A DNA stretch of 64,000 nucleotides from an uncultured Sulfurospirillum sp. (GTDB lineage: Bacteria > Campylobacterota > Campylobacteria > Campylobacterales > Sulfurospirillaceae), in the NCBI GenBank assembly GCA_965306065.1, contig CBDLTN010000001.1:1955-65954 (forward strand). Direction: 5' to 3'. The position numbers and the translations under genes were made by a program. Below are positions 8,217 through 16,138 of the stretch, piece after piece. The stretch's first letter is position 1; each line of letters begins with the position of its first letter. The notes under the pieces are model-generated. The model saw nothing but the letters and a program-made list of their open reading frames with translations, did not search any database and had not been told where the DNA came from.

Positions 8217-9248
8217 TTAACTCAATACTAAGCTTTGTCCTTCAAATTTTTTTACTTCTGCTACGATGTTACTATATTCATAACCAATGTTTTTCAACCT
8301 TTTTACAAGCCTAGTAGAATCACACTCTTTTACAGCTATTAACAACCCACCAGAAGTTTGTGCATCATAGAAAAATATTTCGTTTTTGTACTCTTTTTTT
8401 GCATTTACATGTAAAGAGATATAGTCTTTATTATTATATGTTCCAGCTGGAATTATTCCCATATTTGCCAACTCTATAGCTTCATCCATAATTGGAATAG
8501 CATCAAAATCAAATTCTAATGTAAAATTTTTGCCACTCATCTCATAAGCATGTCCTGCAAGACCAAAACCTGTTATATCAGTACAAGCACTCACATCAAA
8601 TTCTCTCATAATTACTGATGCTTTATGGTTTAGTTGGGCTAATATATCCGCTGTTTTACGAACAGATTTTTCCTCTAACATATCTGCTTTTATAGCAGTT
8701 GTTAAAACTCCCATCCCAATTGGTTTTGTTAGTATTAAAACATCTCCAACTCTAGGAGTATTGTTTCTATAAATCTTTTTTGGATGTACAAAACCACTAA
8801 CGCTAAGACCATAAGTCATCTCAGGAGTCTCTATAGTATGCCCGCCAACAATAAGTCCACCACACTCTTTTACTTTACTAAGTCCGCCTTGAAGAATCTC
8901 TCCTAAAACTTCTTTTGGATGATTGCACCCATCAAAACCTACAAGATTAAGTGCAGTTGTTACATCGGCTCCCATTGCAAATACATCACTAAGAGAGTTT
9001 GCAGCAGCAATTTGACCATATATATAAGGGTCATCCACCACAGGAGTTATATAATCTACTGTTTGTACTAATGCTTTAGTATCATCTATTTTATATACGC
9101 TTGCATCATCACTACTATCAATTCCTACTAAAAGATTTTCATCTTTACATGTAAGAGTACTAATAACTTTTGTAAGCTCACCCGGAGCCAGTTTAGCAGC
9201 TCAACCTGCAGCTTTTACATACTTAGTTAATTTGTGTTTATTGTTCAT
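8217..9248 (-). CDS. selD: Selenide, water dikinase (selenophosphate synthetase), selenocysteine-containing
   Basis: The track ORF 8217-9041 extends in frame through TGA at 9201-9203 to the ATG at 9248. The N-terminus is MNNKHKLTKYVKAAG-U-AAKLAPGEL, matching the SelD G(C/U)xxK active-site loop. Confidence 0.9.
9176..9188 (-). ncRNA. Candidate SECIS upper hairpin of selD (GCUC-CGGGU-GAGC)
   Basis: The stem starts 12 nt after the UGA and has a G/U-containing apical loop, with spacing like the fdhA element. Confidence 0.45.
9201..9203 (-). other. In-frame UGA recoded as selenocysteine (codon 16 of selD)
   Basis: The frame is continuous on both sides with SelD homology. The position equals the catalytic Cys/Sec of SelD. 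Confidence 0.85.
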
Positions 9249-9850
9249 TATAGTGTTATGGTTCCTTCTGAATTCAAGAGTGAATCAACTGTACCGTAAG
9301 CATTACCTACCATACCAACTTTCAATTCATCACCTAATTTATAAAAATCTAAACATATACCACAAGAAAATATTTCAACTCCTCTATCTTCAAGCATCTT
9401 TAAAACTCCAATTACATCAGAATCTTCTGCAGCAGTAGTTAAAAATACAGCTCTGTTTACACATAATATAGTTTTAGGCAGTTGTGGAAGTTCTAATATA
9501 GTCTTTAAAAAACCAACTATTAGCATTGCTCCTAGTTCATTATCACCAACTTTATCATCTTTTAGAAAAAGAACTTTATTTAAAAAATTCTCATCTTTTT
9601 TAGGTGTTGCAACTTCACAAGCAAAACCTTTTACTATAGTTATTTTTATTGAACCATCTTCTACAATCTCATCACTTACATTAAAACCTTCATTTTTTGC
9701 AAATCTTATCACGTTTTCTTTTGAAGCATTTGAATTTACTAATACTTCTAATATAGAGTCATCTTCTAAGAGCTCAAGTGATTTTTTTGTATTTATAACT
9801 GGTTCTGGACACGCCAAATCTCGGCAATCTATTTTCATTATTATCTCCAT
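9248..9850 (-). CDS. yedF: Selenium metabolism protein YedF-like (TusA/SirA N-domain plus DsrE-like C-domain)
   Basis: DCRDLACPEPV is the TusA CPxP motif. The stop overlaps the selD start (TAATG). Confidence 0.8.
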   Translation of the reverse strand: MEIIMKIDCRDLACPEPVINTKKSLELLEDDSILEVLVNSNASKENVIRFAKNEGFNVSDEIVEDGSIKITIVKGFACEVATPKKDENFLNKVLFLKDDKVGDNELGAMLIVGFLKTILELPQLPKTILCVNRAVFLTTAAEDSDVIGVLKMLEDRGVEIFSCGICLDFYKLGDELKVGMVGNAYGTVDSLLNSEGTITL

Positions 9851-10002
9851 TATTTATTGTTTTTTATTTAAGTGTGACAGATAACTCTCTGAGCAAGAGT
9901 TTTAGCTAGTGTAAAATTGTTTTCACTAGTTTTGTGTAGAAAATTATTGTCTGCCTAAACCTTAGGCCTCTTTGTATGTAGAGGTAGTTAAAAAACTACC
10001 TT

Positions 10003-10185
10003 TTATTTCATGTTTTCATTTATCCATGCAGTAGCATCTTCTACTGTTGGAAATTTATGAGATTTTGCAACTTGAACTGAACCTTCGTAAAAACGAATTC
10101 TTATTCCATCTTGAACCTCATCAATTTTTATACGAGTAATTCTTCCCGCATTTAGATATACTCTATCGTTTAACTTAACAAACAT
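10003..10185 (-). CDS. Small hypothetical protein (60 aa)
   Basis: It has its own near-consensus promoter and an AGGAG RBS (10191-10195). I recognise no family. Confidence 0.5.
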   Translation of the reverse strand: MFVKLNDRVYLNAGRITRIKIDEVQDGIRIRFYEGSVQVAKSHKFPTVEDATAWINENMK

Positions 10186-10215
10186 ATTTTCTCCTTTTTT
10201 AAATTTATAAAATGT

Positions 10216-10244
10216 ATTGTAGCACTATTTTATAAATCTTGCAA
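10216..10244 (-). promoter_or_regulatory. Sigma70-type promoter TTGCAA-17 nt-TACAAT for the 60-aa gene
   Basis: The reverse strand reads TTGCAAgatttataaaatagtgcTACAAT. The -35 is at 10239-10244 and the -10 at 10216-10221. Confidence 0.6.
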
Positions 10245-10272
10245 ACCCCTTAAATGTGCAGTTTTGGCACAT

Positions 10273-11313
10273 TTACAGTGTCCACCAACGAACATTGGTT
10301 GTATCAATGTTAACATAAATTTTATCACCAGGTAAAAATCTCTGTTTTTGCATTACTTCTTTACATATACGACTATTAAAATTTACTCCACCTATAGTAA
10401 ATTCTATATAAAGATCATCAAAAGAGTGTTGCTTTCCAATAGAAGAGACTACTCCTTCTAAAGACTCATCATTTACCATATCTTCATAGTTCTCTCTACA
10501 AATACTAATTGCACTTGAATCTATCATTACTACAGAATCTCTTTTTTTAGATGCGCTATTTTTTATTGTTAATGATTGCCCGTCTAAAAAGTACTTAACT
10601 AAATTTTTATTCTCATCTTTTTTCCAAGGGGCAAAAAGAAGATTTACATTACCACTCTCTATCAAGTTTCCTTGAAACAGTGCCACACGTTTATCACAAA
10701 TTTGATTAAGCCACTTATGATCATGACTAGAGATAAAAATAGTGGTATTCCATTTTTGTTTAGCAATAAGTATAGCCTCTTTAATCAACTGAGCAGAATT
10801 TGTATCTACACCAGTAGTAGGTTCATCTAAAATTAAAACCTTTGGACGCAAAATAAGCCTAGCAGCTAATGCTACTCGTTGTGCTTCACCACCTGAGAGT
10901 TGACTCCATTTACGTTTTGCAAAAGATAGATCAAGCCCAACAATACTTAGAGCTTCATCTATTTTTTCTTTTAAATTACATGTATCTTTTCTAAGTTTTA
11001 ATCCATAGGCAATATTCTCAAATACAGATCGTTTTAATAAATATGGATTTTGAGGAACCATTATGACATCTTGCCTCATTTTAGTGTCAATTTTTTTAGT
11101 ATTTATACCATTGAATGTTAAATCACCAACAGTTGGTTTATCAATAAATGAAAGCAACGAAAAAAGCGTTGATTTTCCACTTCCATTAGGTCCAAAAAAA
11201 CCAATAATCTGATTTTCTTCTAAAGCCAAATTTTCAATTCCAAGAACTTTTTTTCCATCATAGTGCTGTTCTACATTGTTTAATTCATAAAGTTTATTCA
11301 TTATTGTGTCCAC
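10273..11313 (-). CDS. tupC: Tungstate/molybdate ABC transporter ATP-binding protein with a C-terminal TOBE-like domain
   Basis: Walker A GPNGSGKST, signature LSGGEAQR and Walker B LILDEP are present, with an about 110-aa C-terminal extension. The gene lies in a tupABC arrangement. Confidence 0.8.
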   Translation of the reverse strand: MDTIMNKLYELNNVEQHYDGKKVLGIENLALEENQIIGFFGPNGSGKSTLFSLLSFIDKPTVGDLTFNGINTKKIDTKMRQDVIMVPQNPYLLKRSVFENIAYGLKLRKDTCNLKEKIDEALSIVGLDLSFAKRKWSQLSGGEAQRVALAARLILRPKVLILDEPTTGVDTNSAQLIKEAILIAKQKWNTTIFISSHDHKWLNQICDKRVALFQGNLIESGNVNLLFAPWKKDENKNLVKYFLDGQSLTIKNSASKKRDSVVMIDSSAISICRENYEDMVNDESLEGVVSSIGKQHSFDDLYIEFTIGGVNFNSRICKEVMQKQRFLPGDKIYVNIDTTNVRWWTL

Positions 11314-11996
11314 CTTCTTTTAAGCATAGATAATGCAATATTAACAGATAACGCTACACTAAATAATACAAGACCAAGAGCAATTCCTGTAACAAATTCA
11401 CCTTTTCCTGTTTCAAGTGCAATAGCCGTTGTAACAGTTCTTGTGTGATACTTAATATTACCACCTACCATCATGGATATACCTATCTCAGTTACTACTC
11501 TTCCATAGGCTGTCATCGCTGCTGTCATTAAACCAAATCTAGCTTCTACCAATGTTGCTAAAAGTATTTGATACTGGTGAGCACCAAAGCCTTTTAAAGA
11601 TATATATAACCTCTTATCTACCGCTTCAATTTGTGCTGCAGTAAGAGCTATTACAATAGGTAAAGCCAAAACAACCTGTCCTATAATTATCGCTTTTTGC
11701 GAAAATAATAAACCATATTCGCCAAATGCTCCTGCTTGAGAAAGCATTGTATAAGCAATCAAGCCTATTACTACAGTTGGTAAAGCCAATAAAGTATCCA
11801 CCATTGTCCTTACAATAGCTTTTCCCGGGAAATTATAGTATCCCAGAAAAAAGCCTAAAGGAAGTCCAATTAGTAGACTGATAAATAAAGACCAAGAAGA
11901 AACTGTTATAGTAGCACTAATAGCAGAATAAACACTTTCATTGCCTGATAACAGTAACTCTATAGCTTCATGAAAACCATCACTAAATAGATTCAT
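11301..11996 (-). CDS. tupB: Tungstate ABC transporter permease
   Basis: 231-aa polytopic membrane protein lying between the binding protein and the ATPase. Confidence 0.8.
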   Translation of the reverse strand: MNLFSDGFHEAIELLLSGNESVYSAISATITVSSWSLFISLLIGLPLGFFLGYYNFPGKAIVRTMVDTLLALPTVVIGLIAYTMLSQAGAFGEYGLLFSQKAIIIGQVVLALPIVIALTAAQIEAVDKRLYISLKGFGAHQYQILLATLVEARFGLMTAAMTAYGRVVTEIGISMMVGGNIKYHTRTVTTAIALETGKGEFVTGIALGLVLFSVALSVNIALSMLKRRWTQ

Positions 11997-12009
11997 TATT
12001 TATTATTTT

Positions 12010-12825
12010 CTACTTTTGCGCATTTGGGATAAAAAGTGCTTGTCCAAGTAGTCTAAAATCTGCAATAACTTTTTGAGTTGCTGGAGATACTACCCAGTTA
12101 GTAAACTTTTTAGCAAGTTTTGGTTGTACGTTTGAGCATTTGTCTTTGTTAATTGAAACAACAGAATATTGATTAAATAAAGACTTATCTCCCTCTACAA
12201 CTACTTTCATAGTATTTGCATCACCTTTTTGAGACATATACTTAATCCAAGTACCACGATCAGTCATTGTATATCCACCCTTCTCAGAAGCCATGTTAAT
12301 TGTTCTTAGCATTCCTTGTCCAGTTTGTACATACCAACTAGAAGCTGATTTTGCATCTACATTTGCATTTTTCCATAAAGAAAGCTCTTTTTTGTTTGTT
12401 CCAGAGTTGTCACCACGTGAAAAGAATTTTGCATTTTTATCTTTTATTGTTTGAAGTGCAGCACTTGGAGCCATACCAGAAACTGCAGCAGGATCTTTTT
12501 TAGGTCCAATTACGATAAAATCATTATACATTACTTGTTGTCTATCACCACCAAATCCAGTTGCAATAAATTTTTTCTCAGAAGCAGGAGCGTGAACAAA
12601 AAGAATATCAACATCACAATTTCCACCCATTTTAAGAGCCTTACCTGTACCTGTTGCAACCCATTTAAGCGTTACACCTGTATCTTTTTGAAATTTTGGC
12701 GCTAAATAATCTAATAAACCTGTGTTATCTGTACTTGTTGTAGTTGCCATCATAAGTTCGCTCTTTGCCATTATCGAAGATGCTACTAATGCTGATAATC
12801 CTAATGCTATTAATGCTTTTTTCAT
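12010..12825 (-). CDS. tupA: Tungstate-binding periplasmic protein
   Basis: It has a signal peptide, and the ATTTSTDNTGLLD motif is characteristic of the TupA family. Confidence 0.8.
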   Translation of the reverse strand: MKKALIALGLSALVASSIMAKSELMMATTTSTDNTGLLDYLAPKFQKDTGVTLKWVATGTGKALKMGGNCDVDILFVHAPASEKKFIATGFGGDRQQVMYNDFIVIGPKKDPAAVSGMAPSAALQTIKDKNAKFFSRGDNSGTNKKELSLWKNANVDAKSASSWYVQTGQGMLRTINMASEKGGYTMTDRGTWIKYMSQKGDANTMKVVVEGDKSLFNQYSVVSINKDKCSNVQPKLAKKFTNWVVSPATQKVIADFRLLGQALFIPNAQK

Positions 12826-12921
12826 TATTTATCCTAATTGAAATTTTTACTTTGTAATATGCTATTTTTACATATTAATATGTTCACGTATACACGCACC
12901 TAAGGGTCGTTATCTGTTTTT

Positions 12922-13659
12922 TTACTTAAATTCTTTTTTGTTTCTTGGTTTTAAGAAAAGTTCTTTAAAACGTTCATTTGCATACTCTTCTATCTCTTTT
13001 TGTAATAACTTATAACTATTAATAAATTCATCTGCTTTAGGAGTCAATTTACTTCCTCCTTGCTCTCCTCCACCTTTATGTGATTCGACTAAAACATCAT
13101 CTAGATTTTTTTGTAATATTTTTACATGAGTCCATGCTTTTTTATAATTCATTCCAAGTTTTTCAGCTGCTTTTGCAATTGAGCCTTCTTGTTCTATAAG
13201 CTCTAATACTTCTGTTTTACCTTTACCAAAAAGAAGCTCCCCATTTTCATTCTCTATCCATGTTTTTGTTTTTAAATGAAGTCTTGAACGTTTTTTTTCT
13301 TTAAAACATCCTAGTTCACAGTAAGTAACATCTATTTTTTTCTCTTTTAGGGTTCCTCTTATCTTTTTAAGACCAATTCCACCTGCTTGATCTCTAGCAT
13401 CTTTACATGTAACACGATTTTTATCATCTAGAAATGGCACTAGCTTATCTTCCGCAGCTTTACTATACTCACCAGTTCCCTTTAGATTTCCAAACTGTCC
13501 AAGTTCACATCCTGATATACGAACACCTATATCCTTAGCATATTGACCAACTTCATCTATAGGAGTTTTCGTTTTTGCGGAAATTTTAAAAGCATCCTTG
13601 CAATCAAGTTTGCCTTGTTCATTTAAGTACTCATTAATAGTATTTTTTAAATCAGTCAT
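12922..13659 (-). CDS. ModE-family HTH regulator with an atypical N-terminal duplicated Cys-containing domain
   Basis: Residues ~150-215 (GSIAKAAEKLGMNYKKAWTHVKILQKNL...LVESHKGGGEQGGSKLT) match the ModE N-terminal wHTH. The N-terminal half holds two CKDA...CELGxF repeats, and no Mop domain is present. Confidence 0.7.
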   Translation of the reverse strand: MTDLKNTINEYLNEQGKLDCKDAFKISAKTKTPIDEVGQYAKDIGVRISGCELGQFGNLKGTGEYSKAAEDKLVPFLDDKNRVTCKDARDQAGGIGLKKIRGTLKEKKIDVTYCELGCFKEKKRSRLHLKTKTWIENENGELLFGKGKTEVLELIEQEGSIAKAAEKLGMNYKKAWTHVKILQKNLDDVLVESHKGGGEQGGSKLTPKADEFINSYKLLQKEIEEYANERFKELFLKPRNKKEFK

Positions 13660-14450
13660 TTTAATTTTATCCTTTGTGCATTACGATAAATATTCATCTT
13701 ATCACCTCTTACAAAACCTATTAGAGTTAAACCAAATTTATCGGCTATATTAACTCCTCTACAAGTTGATGCTGTACGTGATGCTAATATTGGTATCTGA
13801 TGCATTACTGCTTTTGCCACCATCTCTGAGCTTAATCTTCCACTCACCATTAAAAAACATTTTGTAATGTCAACTCCTGCAAGTCGAGCTTTTCCAACTG
13901 CTTTGTCTATTGTATTGTGCTGAGCTATATCTTCACCTATAAAATAAGTATCATCATCATAATACACTTTAGCTGTATGAACACATCCAGTTTGTTCGTA
14001 CAATGGACATTGTGTATAAAATTTTCCCATCTCTTCAAAAAGTAAAGTTGAATCTATATTAAAATTATCTCTCATAACAGCTGCGTCTATTGCAATTTTC
14101 GATATCTGAGTACTTACTGCACGTCCACAACCACTAACAATTACACCCTCTAAATCCAGCCTGTCTATATTTTTTTCTAATACTTTTGCACCAATATGTA
14201 CTTGAAATGTTTTAGTATCTACATCATATGTTTCTATTTTATCTATGTCTTTTATATCTTCTATGATGTCTTCGCTCATAAGATAACCAACAGCTAACTC
14301 TTCTAAGTCAACTGGTACTGCCATTAATGCACCAACATTTTTGCCATTTACTATTATCTCTAATTTTACTTCACGAATTACAGTATCTTCCATACTGAAT
14401 TTCTCACTACCTTTTACTTTGGTAGTTTTTATTGGCAATATCTGATCCAT
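13656..14450 (-). CDS. fdhD: Formate dehydrogenase accessory sulfurtransferase FdhD
   Basis: 264 aa with FdhD-like blocks (VSGCGR..., ASRTASTC). It is located beside fdhABC. Confidence 0.85.
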   Translation of the reverse strand: MDQILPIKTTKVKGSEKFSMEDTVIREVKLEIIVNGKNVGALMAVPVDLEELAVGYLMSEDIIEDIKDIDKIETYDVDTKTFQVHIGAKVLEKNIDRLDLEGVIVSGCGRAVSTQISKIAIDAAVMRDNFNIDSTLLFEEMGKFYTQCPLYEQTGCVHTAKVYYDDDTYFIGEDIAQHNTIDKAVGKARLAGVDITKCFLMVSGRLSSEMVAKAVMHQIPILASRTASTCRGVNIADKFGLTLIGFVRGDKMNIYRNAQRIKLK

Positions 14451-14608
14451 TATCTGTCCTAAAAAATTTATTTAAGAATATGTAATTTTTGCACATTATT
14501 AAATAAATTTATTTTAAAGGAATGATATTATATTTAACCTTAAAAAATGATTTTAATATATATTTTAAGAATCTATAGTACATTACATACTATAGATTTT
14601 ATTTAAAA

Positions 14609-15508
14609 CTAGATTTTACCCTGTTTTTTAAGTTTTTTATACCAAGAACTATGTAAGTATTCAACTTCTTGTTCTTCTTTATATCCAGTTATAATACTGT
14701 GAATTGCACCTTTAATTGCAAATACAGCCATATAAATATGAACAAAGAAAAGTATTGTTACACCAAATCCTACAACATTATGTAAAATTGCTGATGCTCT
14801 AAGTAAATCAATTTGACTCAATCCTGTCATTTCAGTTAACATTGGAATATTAAAATCCATAAAGTACATTGCTGCACCTGTTAAAATCATAACTGCACCA
14901 CCAAGTGTTGCCATCCAATACCAAGTCTTTTGACCTGCATTAAACTTGCCTGCTGGAACTGGACGTTTTGTTTTTGATAAGTATCCACCTACAATTACCA
15001 ACCATTTTATATCATCCCAATGTATAAACATGTTTTTCAACCATACTAAAAACATAGGAATAATAACTATTGCAAATGGTATTGTAGCAATCCCATGTAA
15101 GTCTTTCATTAACGTTACAAATGTTCCACCACCAAAATACGATCCAAATACCATTATAAAACCTGTCGGGACAAGTACTATAAAAGAGATTGCTGCAATT
15201 TGGTGAATTATCCTACTATACAAACTAAATGCATAAATTGGCGTCCCATCATGTGAAAAAACTTTTGGTCCTATTATCACATAATGTAGAACAAACCCTG
15301 CTGGAATTACTACTAGTATAAATAAAAAGATTTGAGCAAAATAATTTGCTTGTAGCATCGTAAATATTTGTCCTAGTTTCAACGTACTCTCTTGTCCATA
15401 TCCTAAGATGTTTTGTACCCTCATAGCATCCCAAATCTGGCTATCAGCTGCAAATGCAGCTGATGCCAAAAATAGGCTTGCGATAAACAATAATAGATAT
15501 TTTTTCAT
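14609..15508 (-). CDS. fdhC: Formate dehydrogenase cytochrome b (gamma) subunit
   Basis: Polytopic membrane protein with conserved His residues. I prefer the start at 15508 (AAGGAA RBS, MKKYLL...); an alternative ATG at 15523 overlaps the fdhB stop. Confidence 0.8.
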   Translation of the reverse strand: MKKYLLLFIASLFLASAAFAADSQIWDAMRVQNILGYGQESTLKLGQIFTMLQANYFAQIFLFILVVIPAGFVLHYVIIGPKVFSHDGTPIYAFSLYSRIIHQIAAISFIVLVPTGFIMVFGSYFGGGTFVTLMKDLHGIATIPFAIVIIPMFLVWLKNMFIHWDDIKWLVIVGGYLSKTKRPVPAGKFNAGQKTWYWMATLGGAVMILTGAAMYFMDFNIPMLTEMTGLSQIDLLRASAILHNVVGFGVTILFFVHIYMAVFAIKGAIHSIITGYKEEQEVEYLHSSWYKKLKKQGKI

Positions 15509-15522
15509 CACAAATTCCTTCA

Positions 15523-16128
15523 TTATCCGTTATACGCTTTACTCCAGCCATAAGGAGCAGATTGAACACCTTTGCCTTTAGAAGCTATACGAGCACGGTA
15601 AATGTTCGCAACATCCTGAGCATCACCAACTATAAGTGCTTTAGTAGCACACATAGCAGCACATACAGGAACTTTTCCTTCAGAAATTAGGTTTTGACCA
15701 TAAATTTCTCTCTCATGAACTGAGTTAGTCTCAGCAGGACCACCTGCACACATAGTACATTTATCCATTGCACCTTTTGTTCCAAATGCACCATCTCTTG
15801 GGAACTGTGGAGCTCCAAAAGGACATGCATATAAACAATAACCACAACCTATACATGTCTCTTTATCATGAAGAACAATTCCGTCCTCTCTGATATAGAA
15901 ACAATCTACTGGACATACTTGCTCACATGGAGCATCTGTACAATGCATACAAGCTACTGAAGTTGAAAATTCTTTCCCTTCAATACCTTCATTAAGAGTA
16001 ACAACTTTTCTTCTGCTTACACCTGTTGGAAGCTCATGTGCTTCTGCACAAGCTACAGTACAACCGTCACACTCTATACATCTTTGATCATCACAATAAA
16101 ATTTCATTCTTGACATTTCACTACTCAT
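15523..16128 (-). CDS. fdhB: Formate dehydrogenase iron-sulfur (beta) subunit
   Basis: It has several CxxCxxCxxxCP ferredoxin motifs and follows fdhA. Confidence 0.9.
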   Translation of the reverse strand: MSSEMSRMKFYCDDQRCIECDGCTVACAEAHELPTGVSRRKVVTLNEGIEGKEFSTSVACMHCTDAPCEQVCPVDCFYIREDGIVLHDKETCIGCGYCLYACPFGAPQFPRDGAFGTKGAMDKCTMCAGGPAETNSVHEREIYGQNLISEGKVPVCAAMCATKALIVGDAQDVANIYRARIASKGKGVQSAPYGWSKAYNG

Positions 16129-16138
16129 TTCTCACCCC

